64,000 nucleotides of DNA, taken from positions 328,068-392,067 of the forward strand of contig JAWLBA010000001.1 in NCBI GenBank assembly GCA_041395165.1, given 5' to 3'. The notes below the pieces were generated by a model. That model searched no databases, had not been told where the DNA came from, and saw only the letters and a program-made list of their open reading frames with translations. Shown here in pieces: positions 9,486 to 19,010 of the stretch (position 1 is its first letter; each line of letters starts with the position of its first letter). Source of the stretch: Verrucomicrobiia bacterium. Lineage in GTDB: Bacteria > Verrucomicrobiota > Verrucomicrobiia > JADLBR01 > JAIBCM01. Position numbers and translations under genes: made by a program.

Positions 9486-10573
9486 AGGAAAGAAAAGTTT
9501 TGAGAGATCGAAATGCTCATTTCGAAAATAATGCTTTCGAAGTGCAATCTATTGCTCAGGGAGGAGCCTTACGCAATGAGATTTTCGGGAATAAAGTTTT
9601 TGTGCGTGGCGTGATAGAGGTTTCTAATTTTTGCCGGCAAAATTGTTGTTATTGTGGTATGCGACGCGAAAATCAGGGATTAAGTCGTTATCGTCTTTCT
9701 TTGGAACAATTAAAAGAGGTTATTCTTGAGCAACTTCCGGCAAGTGTTACTGATATTAATTTGCAAGCAGGCGAAGATCCAGTTGCGGTTCGCGAAATTG
9801 TTCTTCCGTTGATTCATGCGATCAAACGAGAAACTTCTTTAGGGATTAGCGTTTGTTTGGGTACTTTGGATAAGAGTCTTTACGCCGCATTAAAAGAAGC
9901 GGGAGCAAGTTATTATATTTTAAAATTGGAAACGGGCAATGCTTGGCATTATCAACAAGTGCAAGCGCCGGGCAATTTTCAACGACGTTTGGAAACAATT
10001 CGATTTTTGGCGGAAACAGGCTGGTTTGTTTCTTCTGGCTTTATTTTGGGGTTGCCTCAACAAACACAAGCCCATGTCGAGGAAACGCTTCATTTACTTT
10101 CTGATTGCTGGTGGGAGGTAGTGTCAGCCCTTTTATTCCAGGTGATCAAACACCTTATCGCGAAGAGCCTATAGCAAGTTTAGAATCAGTTTTGAAATGT
10201 TTGGTTTGGATGCGATTAAAAAATCCGCATTGGATTATTCCTGCAGTCAGTGCCATGAACCTCGTTGGGGATCGAGGTTATCCCGACTTTGGAAGCAGGC
10301 GCGAATTTGGTGACTATTAATTTAACGCCGGAAACGCAAAGGAATGATTATCTGCTTTATAAACGCAATCGCTTTATCATGAGTGAAGCCCGTGTGTTGA
10401 AAACAATCGAACAGGCGCAATGTGAACCAAAAATACGAAAGCTTAACTCAATTTTTAAAAACAAAATCCAGTTTTCGAAGTTGTCGCTGCTTGATTTTGA
10501 ACTTTGCTTAAGGACCTTTAGCACCTTTTTTCTTTATCATTTTTTGGGTGAGCACGCGATTGACTGCATTTAA
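9482..10573 (+). pseudogene. radical SAM enzyme (HydE/BioB-like) disrupted by at least two frameshifts
   Basis: CxxxCxxC cluster motif NFCRQNCCYCGMRR. The reading frame jumps at about 10105 (frame 2 reads LVGGSVSPFIPGDQTPY) and again at about 10265 (frame 3 reads EVIPTLEAGANLVTINLTPE...Y.LY). Both continuations match HydE-type C-terminal motifs. The true 3' end is uncertain. Confidence 0.6.
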
Positions 10574-12048
10574 ATAGCGCGAACACTAGCTTCAATAACG
10601 TCCGTGCTGGCTCCTTTGCCTGTGACAAGTTCGTTATTGCCAAAATCAATTTTTATTGTGACTTCGCCAACAGCGTCCTTGCCTCCAGTAACTGCATGCA
10701 ACTGGTAATCTTTTAATGCCCCACGTTTACCCGTGATGCGATCGATTGTTTTTAAAGCGGCATCAACGGGACCATCACCGTGCTTGCATCCTGTTTAATT
10801 TCGTTGCCTGTTTTTAATCGGACGGTAGCAGTGGCGATAGTTTTATTTCCTGTGGTGACGTTCAAATAGTCTAAAGTATAAGTTTCGTGTGTTTCTAAAA
10901 CTTGATCGTCGATCAATGCTGCCAAATCATCGTCGTAAACAAATTTTTGCGATCGCCGATTTCTTTAAATCATACAAACACCGCATCCATTTCTTTTTCT
11001 GTGAGTTGATAGCCCAAATGTTTTAATCGTATTGCCATAGTGACGACCGCTGTGTTTAGTTAATGGCAATTCTGTGTCGCCCCATCCTACATCGTGCGGG
11101 TCCATAATTTCATACGTTTCTCGCTTTTCAAAATACCGTCTTGATGAATGCCAGAGCTGTGAGCAAAAGCGTTTTCGCCTACGATCGCTTTATTGCGTTG
11201 CACTAAAAAGCTGCATGCGCGAAACTAAGCGAGACAATTTTACAATTTCTCGTGTGCGAATGTTGGTTTTGATGCCTTGATAAATATCCGGGCGCGTTTG
11301 GATTGCCATGACCACCTTCTTCCAAAGCGGCATTGCCTGCGCGTTCACCAATTCAGTCAATAGTGCATTCCACCTGACGCGCTCCCGCCTGCACGGCGGC
11401 TAAAGAATTGGCTACCGCCAATCCTAAATCGTTATGACAGTGTGTGCTGAAAATAGCATTTTTTGCGCCTTTAGCATTTTCTATCACGTAACGAAACATG
11501 TGCGCGTAAGCTTCCGGAGTGGAATAACCCACGGTGTCTGGCATGTTAATTGTCGTAGCGCCTGCAGAAATGGCCGCCTCCACAATTTTCACGAGAAAAT
11601 CTAATTCTGTTCGAGAAGCGTCTTCCGGTGAAAATTCAATATCTTTGACATGAGTGCGCGCGCGTTTCACGCCTTCCACGGCCAAACGTAAAATTTCGTT
11701 TTGTGCTTTGCCAAATTTAAATTCGCGATGAATCTTGGAAGTGCCGAGAAAGACATGAATGCGCCCGCGTTTTCCGGCTGCTTTCAAAGCGGCGCCCGCA
11801 GCATCGATATCTTTGGGAACGCAACGTGCTAATCCCGTAATAATGGGAGTTCGAATTTCTTTAGCAATTTGAGAAACGGACGCGAAATCTCCGTCACTAA
11901 TGACTGGAAAACCTGCTTCGATAATGTCTACGCCTAAGCGCTCGAGTTGTCGCGCTACTTCCATTTTTTCACGGTTATTCATGCTTGCGCCCGGGCATTG
12001 CTCGCCATCGCGCAAGGTGGTATCAAAAATTCTAACTTTTTCGCTCAT
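10508..12048 (-). pseudogene. leuA: 2-isopropylmalate synthase; the 5' 231 codons are intact and the 3' half is heavily degraded
   Basis: The N-terminus reads IFDTTLRDGEQ...HCHNDLGLAVANSLAAV...ECTI. An in-frame TGA follows at 11353-11355, where the Gly of GIGERAGN is expected. Hand translation of the remainder recovers [91 protein letters not shown] and GDGPVDAALKTIDRITG. Recovering these pieces requires about 7 frame changes and passing a second in-frame TGA. Confidence 0.8.
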
Positions 12049-12071
12049 AACTTTTCTTTCTCATTTTTTCC

Positions 12072-12102
12072 ATAAAAAAACCCCACTTACCAGTGGGGTT
12101 AA
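12072..12102 (-). terminator. intrinsic terminator of a leuA leader (attenuator)
   Basis: The minus strand reads AACCCCAC-TGGTAA-GTGGGGTT followed by TTTTTTT. It ends about 25 nt before the leuA ATG. Confidence 0.6.
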
Positions 12103-12124
12103 ACCAAAAATTCTTCTTTTCAGG

Positions 12125-12196
12125 TTAACACCCCGCCATCACGTTGCTCAATAGTAGCAGCGCTTTTTCACTTAAGATGGCAGGAAAATTAACCAT
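12125..12196 (-). CDS. candidate leu leader peptide (23 aa) with four consecutive Leu codons
   Basis: Hand translation gives ATG GTT AAT TTT CCT GCC ATC TTA AGT GAA AAA GCG CTG CTA CTA TTG AGC AAC GTG ATG GCG GGG TGT TAA, that is MVNFPAILSEKALLLLSNVMAGC. The stop region GGGGUGUUAACC can pair with the 5' arm of the terminator (GGUUUAACCCC). A possible promoter is TTGACG (12228-12233), a 17-nt spacer, then TAAATT (12205-12210). Confidence 0.5.
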   Translation of the reverse strand: MVNFPAILSEKALLLLSNVMAGC

Positions 12197-12373
12197 AATA
12201 TAATAATTTAACAGGCTTAATTTTGTCCGTCAATTTTATTATTTTTTTGTTCTTTCTTAAGTAACTCTCGAAGAAAAACTAGATCCATTTCATCTTTGGC
12301 GCGGTGGGTTTTTCTCTTATTTCTTCGTCCAAGTTAGCATTTCTAGTCACCGTTGATCACTTTTCTTCAAAGT

Positions 12374-12934
12374 TTAAGCTCGACTCATATAGGAGCCGGT
12401 GCGCGTGTCGATCTTGAGTGATTCGCCTTCCTTGATGAAAAGAGGCACTTGCACTTGAAGGCCGGTTTCCATAGTGGCTGTTTTCATGACGTTATTGGCA
12501 GAATCGCCTCGAATGCCTTCTGGTGATTCAGTCACTTTTAAAACAACGCTTGAGGGTAATTCTAAAGAGACGGCTTTGTCTTCAATAAAAAGCACTTCAA
12601 CACTCAAATTTTCCACCAGGTAATCTTTGGCCTCGCTGATTAAATCTTCCTGTAACGTGTAAGTATCATAGGATTGCGGATCGATAAAATGATAGCCATT
12701 TTGATCTTTGTAACTGAATTCTAATTTGCTTCGGTTCAACATAACTTCTTCGACTTTTTCTGTGCTGCCGAAAAGTTGCACTAAAGATTTTCCCGTATTG
12801 ACACTGCGAAGCGTGGCTTGCACAAAAGCGCGAAGATTGCCGGGAGTGCGATAGGAAACTTCCAACACCACACAAGTATCATTATTATGTTTGATTGCCA
12901 TACCTTTACGAAGGTCGTTTGCGTTAACTGCCAT
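12374..12934 (-). CDS. efp: elongation factor P
   Basis: A full-length 186-aa ORF with typical EF-P sequence (NDLRKGMAI..., ...VQVPLFI.EGE.I.IDTRTG.Y..R). Confidence 0.95.
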   Translation of the reverse strand: MAVNANDLRKGMAIKHNNDTCVVLEVSYRTPGNLRAFVQATLRSVNTGKSLVQLFGSTEKVEEVMLNRSKLEFSYKDQNGYHFIDPQSYDTYTLQEDLISEAKDYLVENLSVEVLFIEDKAVSLELPSSVVLKVTESPEGIRGDSANNVMKTATMETGLQVQVPLFIKEGESLKIDTRTGSYMSRA

Positions 12935-12956
12935 AGGATTTCTTTCTTCTTTTCGA

Positions 12957-13921
12957 TTATACTAATTTATGTTTAGCCAAATCTTGCGCATCCACAAGAC
13001 CGACAGGGTTACTTTTGTGGTCGATAACAACTAAATCGTCAATATTATGTTTTTCAAAAAATTTTTAAAGCTACCGCCAGCTTGTCTTTACCGACAGTGA
13101 TGGTGTGATGTCATAACTTTTTTAATTTTTTCCTGACCAATTTGTGAATTGGTTTGATAGTAACGGGCAAAATCGCCTGAGTAAAAATACCGGCCAGTTT
13201 ACCTCGAGAATCGACGACGATCGCAGCTCCCGCGCGAGCTTTTGTTGTGGCTGCCAAGGCTTGCATGACCGTTGCAGTTTCTGAAACCAGTGCCATTTGG
13301 TCGGGTGGACGCATGACATCGGAGACACGGAGTAGTAAATTTTTTCCAATGGTTCCACCAGGATGGAATTTCGCGAAATCTTCTTTTTAAATCCCGTGCT
13401 TCTAATAAAACCATCGCTGAGGGCGTCGCCTAGAGCTAGCATGGCGGTTGTGCTAGAGGTAGGAGCTAAATTCAGCGGACAAGCTTCGCGTTTCACTTTC
13501 ACATCTAAATGAATGTGCGCGCTGCGGGCTAATGTGATTTGGCATTGCCTGTCATGGCAATCATTTGAATGCGATGTCGAGCAAGTGCTGGCAGAGCTTG
13601 TAGCACCTCCTGAGTTTCGCCGCTATAACTGAAAATGAGAAGTGTGTCTCCTTCTGAAAGAATCCCTAAGTCGCCATGCAAAGCATTCACACAATTCAAA
13701 TAAATACAAGGTGCTCCCGTGCTGGTTAACGTGGCGGCAATTTTTTCTGCGATATGTCCTGATTTGCCAATGCCGGTAGCAATGATTTTATTGCCCTTTT
13801 GCAAGCTTTGCAGCATTTGCTTAACCGTATTGGTAAAGGAAATGCCCAAACGCTTTTTTAAATCGTTCAATGCGGAAATTTCTAAATCAATTACCGCGCG
13901 CGCTTTTTTAAGGTAGTCCAT
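12957..13921 (-). pseudogene. kpsF: arabinose-5-phosphate isomerase (KpsF/GutQ, SIS plus CBS domains) with about five frameshifts
   Basis: The N-terminal 130 codons are intact and contain the SIS motif (ATGIGKSGHIAEKIAATL). The remainder is spread over three frames: EACPLNLAPTSSTTAMLALGDAL, EDFAKFHPGGTIGKNLL, AIVVDSRGKLAGIFT, PITVGKDKLAV and NIDDLVVIDHKSNPVGLVDAQDL. Track ORFs 13111..13314 and 13122..13502 are fragments of this gene. Confidence 0.8.
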
Positions 13922-13962
13922 GAAATAAGAAAAATAGCTTATCGAATTGTGCTAAGGCGTCA

Positions 13963-14865
13963 ATGGATGTAATACAAATATCAATTATGCCAAAAATAGT
14001 GGGGTATACCAAAATTATTTCCAGTTTAGGTGCTCATGTTTCTATCGCGGGCGGCTTTGATTTGTCAATTGATCGGGCTTTATCCGTGGGATGTGGCGTG
14101 ATGCAGATTTTTGTAAAAAGCAATCGTCAATGGTTTGCGCCTCCTTTGAGGCAAGAAATGTGTCGTCCTTTTCTGGAGCATCCTCGTCGAAAAGAGTTAC
14201 AATGTGTTTTTGCGCATAGCGGTTATCTTATTAATCCTGCAGCTCCTGAGGGGGATGTGAGAAAGAAATCGATTCATGCTCTCGTTGAAGAATTGCAGCG
14301 GGCGGATCAATTACAGCTGCCCTTTTTGGTATTGCATCCTGGCGCTCATTTGGGTGTGGGTGTGGAAGCGGGAATACGTCGGGTTGTTAAAGCGTTGAAC
14401 GAGGTGATTGAGAAGACCTCGCATTTAAAAACGTGCATTGCTTTGGAAACCACTGCGGGTCAGGGAACCTCAATTGGGCATGAGTTGGAGCATTTGGCTT
14501 CTATTTTAGGAAAGGTGAAAAAGCCAAAACGATTTTGTGTTTGTGTTGATACTGCGCATCTTTTTGCTGCGGGTTATGAGATTCATATAGAAAAGGGTTA
14601 TGAAAAAACGGTTTCGCGATTGGATGAATTAATCGGTCTAAGGCAAATTGCGGCTTTTCATTTGAACGATTCCAAGACAGCTTTGGGATCGCGAGTGGAT
14701 CGACACGAGCATATTGGCAAAGGGAAGATTGGGTTGTCGACGTTTCGATGGTTGCTGAATGATAAGCGTTTTTTTGCTGTTCCCAAAGTTTTAGAAACTC
14801 CGAAGAGTGAGGATATGCATGAAGATCGTGAAAATCTTCAGAGACTTTATCAGTTGTTGAAGTAA
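13963..14865 (+). CDS. nfo: endonuclease IV (AP endonuclease)
   Basis: GAHVSIAGG near the N-terminus and the conserved metal-ligand His/Asp/Glu pattern of the Nfo TIM barrel. The true start may be the Met at 13987. Confidence 0.9.
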   Translation: MDVIQISIMPKIVGYTKIISSLGAHVSIAGGFDLSIDRALSVGCGVMQIFVKSNRQWFAPPLRQEMCRPFLEHPRRKELQCVFAHSGYLINPAAPEGDVRKKSIHALVEELQRADQLQLPFLVLHPGAHLGVGVEAGIRRVVKALNEVIEKTSHLKTCIALETTAGQGTSIGHELEHLASILGKVKKPKRFCVCVDTAHLFAAGYEIHIEKGYEKTVSRLDELIGLRQIAAFHLNDSKTALGSRVDRHEHIGKGKIGLSTFRWLLNDKRFFAVPKVLETPKSEDMHEDRENLQRLYQLLK

Positions 14866-15863
14866 GACAGTTTTTTACTAAGGATGGATGCAATAGAGTC
14901 AGAGGATAATGCGTGAAAACATTTGCCGCTCACACCTTCAGGACACAGTTTTTGCTTTGTCTTTAAACAGTCACAAGAGGAAATTATGATATCGGCCTGA
15001 GGATTTAAAGGGTGCCACTGAGGAGCATTCGAAGGGCCGTAATGAACGAGCATGGGTTTTTGTAAGTCAGAGGCAAGATGAGTGGGAGCGGTGTCAACAC
15101 CCCAATAAACATCACTTTTTGAGACGAGGGCAATCAGCTCACCCCAACTGAGTGCGGGCATCATTTTGAGATGGGCTGTTGGAAAATTTTGGATGCATTA
15201 GGTTACATAATCTTTTTCTTGCAGTGCTGTGCCGTGTGTAAAAATGATCGCGCAATTTTGTTTTATTAAATGGGCTATCACTTCGCGAACTAGAGAAATG
15301 GGTAGGCTTTTTGCATGTCGCGCGAGGTCAGATGGGCTAGCAATATTTTTTATCAGAATAAAGTGCTGAAGAGTGATGAGATAGAAAGTCTTGAGCTTTT
15401 TGGCTTGCTTTGAGTTCTAGAGAAATGCCTTGGAATGAAACATCGCAAGTTTCGAGGAGTTTTTGATGTTGATATAAGATGTGCGGTTTCTTTTTTCGTG
15501 AGAGATGCGGATGTTGTAAGTTGACTGCGCCATCGTTGCTGCGCGGCTTTTTCTTTTCGTAACTGATTCGATGTTTGGCATGCGAAAGTAGGGTTAAAAA
15601 TGCGGTGCGATCGTTGCCGCAAGATCAATTGTCCAATCGTAATGTTGGTTAAAAATGTGAAAAAGTATAGGAAGCGTCGCAGATTGAGAGCGAGCCATTT
15701 TAAAATATGGAATGAATAAGGAAAGTGTTCTAAAAGCAACTTCGGTTCCTTGAGGAATGAGAATGTCGATTTGGGCTTGAGGGAACCGTTTGGCTAGTGC
15801 GTAAAACGGGTCGAGTTAAAAGTGTGTCCCCTAAATAGCGGAGGCATAACACTAAAATTTTTT
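14850..15863 (-). pseudogene. GT9 ADP-heptose:LPS heptosyltransferase (RfaF/RfaC-like), fragmented
   Basis: The intact C-terminal 104 codons read WGELIALVSKSDVYWGVDTAPTHLA. The N-terminal KILVLCLRYLGDTLLTRPVLR and the following YDWTIDL and ...IIFTHGT... pieces sit in different frames with stops between them. Confidence 0.7.
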
Positions 15864-15876
15864 TAGGTTTCACGCG

Positions 15877-16826
15877 CTAACGTCGGGTTGAATGGTCGAT
15901 TTGGTAGACGGTTTTATTTTGGCTTTCGTAATAAATGCGCACGAGCAATTCGCTAATTAATCCTAGCATAATGAGTTGTAAGCCAACGATGATCAGGAGA
16001 ATACCTAAAAATAAAAGTGGGCGTTGGCCAATGTTTTCATGAGCGAAAAATTTTAGGCCTGTGAGGTAAAGACTAATGGCCACTCCCAGGCCGGTGAAAC
16101 AAAAGCCGGCTGTGCCAAAGACGCGCATGGGTTTGGTAGAATATTCCAAAAGAAATTTTACAGTGAGCAGGTCAAGCAGAACGCGAAAAGTGCGATTCAA
16201 ACCATATTTGGAAACGCCTTGCGTGCGCGGCCGATGATTGACTGGAATTTCAGCGACTTTGGCTCCTCGCCATGTGCAAAGCGCTGGTAAAAAACGGTGC
16301 ATTTCGCCGTATAATCGAAAACTGGAAATAGTTTCTCGGGTGTAGACTTTTAAGGAGCAGCCGTAATCGTGTAATGGCACGCCAGTAAAAAAGGAAATTA
16401 ATTTATTGGCTATGCGAGAAGGTAAAGTGCGAGTTAAAAAGTGGTCTTGACGCGCTTTTCGCCATCCGCTTACGACATCGTAGCCTTCCGCCATTTTGTT
16501 GAGTAATGCCATGATGTCGGCAGGATCAGTTTGGCGATCGGCATCCATCGTGACAATGACTTCTCCAGTGCTGATATCAATGCCGGCGGAAAGGGCAGCA
16601 GTCTGGCCAAAATTACGTTTTAAAAATAGCGGTTTGAGACGCGGTGAAGCTTTAGTAATGTTTGTATTTTTCGCGATTCATCGGTGCTGCCATCGTCGAC
16701 TAAAATGATTTCCCATGTGGCAGAATAACTTTGTAGTGCAGTTTCGATTTCTTGGATCAAAGGCGCGAGATTGCCGCTTTCATTATAAATCGGCGCTACG
16801 ATGCTCAAAGTAGGAAAATGAGTCAT
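15877..16826 (-). pseudogene. GT2 polyprenol-phosphate glycosyltransferase (DPM1/ArnC-like) with one frameshift near 16670-16690
   Basis: The 68-aa N-terminal ORF reads SIVAPIYNESGNL...ILVDDGSTDES. The 223-aa ORF reads MDADRQTDP... with two C-terminal TM helices. The bridging segment LKRNFGQTAALSAGIDISTGEVIVTMDAD reads in the downstream frame. The two ORFs are out of frame. Confidence 0.7.
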
Positions 16827-16885
16827 GAAGGTGATATGTTACTGAACTACGGGTTGGCATCCAGCAAATTTAATGGATCAAAAAA

Positions 16886-17503
16886 TTAATAAGCCCGCAG
16901 TGAAGTGAGATAGTCGCGTGTATGAAAGAGATGACGTTTTAAGCGACCCACGTCTTGAGTGGTTTTCATTAAGAGAAGAGCTCCTTGCAAGTCGCCAACT
17001 AAAAAATCAGCAAGTGCTTTGCAATCCACAGCTTCGTAAAGCTCACCTATCGCCTTGGCTTCTTCTAAAAGTTTTTGCCAAAGGCCGCTAGACTCGTCGA
17101 AAATTTCAGCTAATCTCAAACGAAATCCGGGATGTCTTTCACTTAGTTCCTGAGCTAACATCCCGAATGGACAACCGGTGGGACATTCATGTTGACTGAA
17201 ATCGTTAATGAGATTTTCGAAGTGTAAATTGAGCCGTTCCATAGGCGATTTATTAACCTGACCTAGAGACAAACTAGTGAAATTCATAAGACGTTCGCGA
17301 AAACGTTCAATCACTGCGTAGCCTAAAGCTTCTTTAGATTTAAAATAATAGAAAAAAGAGCCTTTGCTCATGCCTAATTCTTTTAAAATATCGTCCAAAG
17401 TGGTTGCATGAAACCCTTTTTTACGCATCAAAGTGCAAGCAATCTCGACGATTTTTTCTCGCGTGGGATAATGCTTGCCTATAATTAAATTCGACATTAC
17501 CAA
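16886..17503 (-). CDS. TetR/AcrR-family transcriptional regulator
   Basis: N-terminal HTH REKIVEIACTLMRKKGFHATTLDDILKELGMSKGSFFYYFKSKE. Confidence 0.85.
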   Translation of the reverse strand: MVMSNLIIGKHYPTREKIVEIACTLMRKKGFHATTLDDILKELGMSKGSFFYYFKSKEALGYAVIERFRERLMNFTSLSLGQVNKSPMERLNLHFENLINDFSQHECPTGCPFGMLAQELSERHPGFRLRLAEIFDESSGLWQKLLEEAKAIGELYEAVDCKALADFLVGDLQGALLLMKTTQDVGRLKRHLFHTRDYLTSLRAY

Positions 17504-17548
17504 TAGTTTAGCAAAATTTTAGACAATGGTCAAATCAAAGCAAACGAT

Positions 17549-17565
17549 GGTAGTGTCCTAATTTG
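17549..17565. repeat. left terminal inverted repeat
   Basis: GGTAGTGTCCTAATTTG. It begins GGT, as IS1 ends do. Confidence 0.8.
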
Positions 17566-17643
17566 GATTTAGTTTTTAATAGCCATTTGAGTGTTCCTGT
17601 ATAAACCTCTACAAGGTATAACAGTCCTTTCAAAGAACATAAG

Positions 17644-18948
17644 ATGAATGAAATGAAAAATATACAGCTAATTTTAATAGATAGAATTTTTCTTGATCTC
17701 GAAAATCCAAGACATGAACCTTATGAAAACCAGGCTGAGGTAATTGAATATTTGTGTAAAGAGGAATACGTTTATCAACTTGCCAAGGATATAGTAAAAC
17801 AAGAACAGCTAAATCCATTAGAAGTTTTTGCCTTAATTCCTACAGAAGGAAATAAAAGAGGAAAAAAGGAAAATTTGTCATATACAGTTGTAGAGGGCAA
17901 TCGCCGAATGTGTGCAATCATGTTGCTTAATGACCCAGATTTGGCGCCCCCAAATCAACGTAAAGATTTTAAGAAGCTTTCTGAAGAGAATCCAAAAATA
18001 TCAGAAGTGCCTGCTGTTATATTTGATAATAAACAATCGGTCGCTACATGGCTTGAAAGAATACATGGTGGACTTCAAGGTGGTATCGGGAGGAAGCAGT
18101 GGAGTTCTGAACAAAAAACACGTCATATTGGGGATAAAAAAAATATACTTGCTCAGTCTGTTTTAGATTACGCTGAAAAAAATAAGTTTATCTCAGCAAA
18201 TGCTCGCAAAGGTAAGTTGACAACAGTTCAAAGATACCTTGGCAACCCTATGTTGCGTGAAGTGCTTGGCATCGATAATAGTAATATAGAAGATATTTCT
18301 AGGAACCGACCAAAATCTGATTTTGACCAATTATTAAAACAATTCATTGAAGATTTGCTTAATGGGGCTGTTAGCTCAAGAGCTAATGCCCCTAAAATTA
18401 TAGATTACTCCCGTTCGCTTGGAACCTTAGAAGGTATTACGGGTAAGCGAATTGTTCCAGAATCGCTTTCACAAGAACAATATATAGGAGAAAAGAAAAA
18501 ACGAAAAATACCACCGAAAAATCCTGTCAAACCTAAATACATTACCTATGAATCAGATGTTCGTGACAAATTAAAAGCTATACCCAGTTTTAAACTGGAA
18601 CAAATATACTGGTCGCTCTGTTCAATAGAGTTAGAAAAACATACTCCTCTTATTTCTGTGGGAACATGGGTATTTTTTGAATCTTTAACCGCGAAGGTTG
18701 GGCGGCCCTCTGGTACAGATTTTTATAGTTTTCTGAGCAAGAATCACCTTCAATCCATGGGATTTAATAATAAAGATGATAATTACTCAATAAGGCAAGC
18801 TTTGGAACGCATCTCTCATTATGGCAATACAACGAAACACCATAAAAAATCTGCCAACTTTAATGGAGTTCAGCTTCATAATGATATGGATACGTTGAAA
18901 GAATTAATTTGTAAATTAGCTGAGGAAGCCCAAAAAACAAACCTGTAA
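17644..18948 (+). CDS. ParB/Srx-like N-terminal domain protein with about 300 aa of unrecognised C-terminal sequence
   Basis: The motifs IDRIFLDLENPRH and VVEGNRRMCAIMLL match the ParB N-terminal (nuclease/CTPase-fold) boxes. I recognise nothing in the rest of the protein. Confidence 0.55.
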   Translation: MNEMKNIQLILIDRIFLDLENPRHEPYENQAEVIEYLCKEEYVYQLAKDIVKQEQLNPLEVFALIPTEGNKRGKKENLSYTVVEGNRRMCAIMLLNDPDLAPPNQRKDFKKLSEENPKISEVPAVIFDNKQSVATWLERIHGGLQGGIGRKQWSSEQKTRHIGDKKNILAQSVLDYAEKNKFISANARKGKLTTVQRYLGNPMLREVLGIDNSNIEDISRNRPKSDFDQLLKQFIEDLLNGAVSSRANAPKIIDYSRSLGTLEGITGKRIVPESLSQEQYIGEKKKRKIPPKNPVKPKYITYESDVRDKLKAIPSFKLEQIYWSLCSIELEKHTPLISVGTWVFFESLTAKVGRPSGTDFYSFLSKNHLQSMGFNNKDDNYSIRQALERISHYGNTTKHHKKSANFNGVQLHNDMDTLKELICKLAEEAQKTNL

Positions 18949-19010
18949 AAAGTTCTGGCCGGATGAATTAATGAATGATATTTTACTTTGAAAGTTAAAG
19001 CATTCAAAGT

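Noticed and set aside
11074-11280. A 68-aa plus-strand ORF inside the leuA region.
   Set aside because: It is antisense to recognisable, frameshifted LeuA coding sequence. Its residues have no protein-like pattern.
15353-15739. A 128-aa minus-strand ORF that looks like an independent gene.
   Set aside because: It is one of the shifted frames of the fragmented heptosyltransferase pseudogene. It is not a separate gene.
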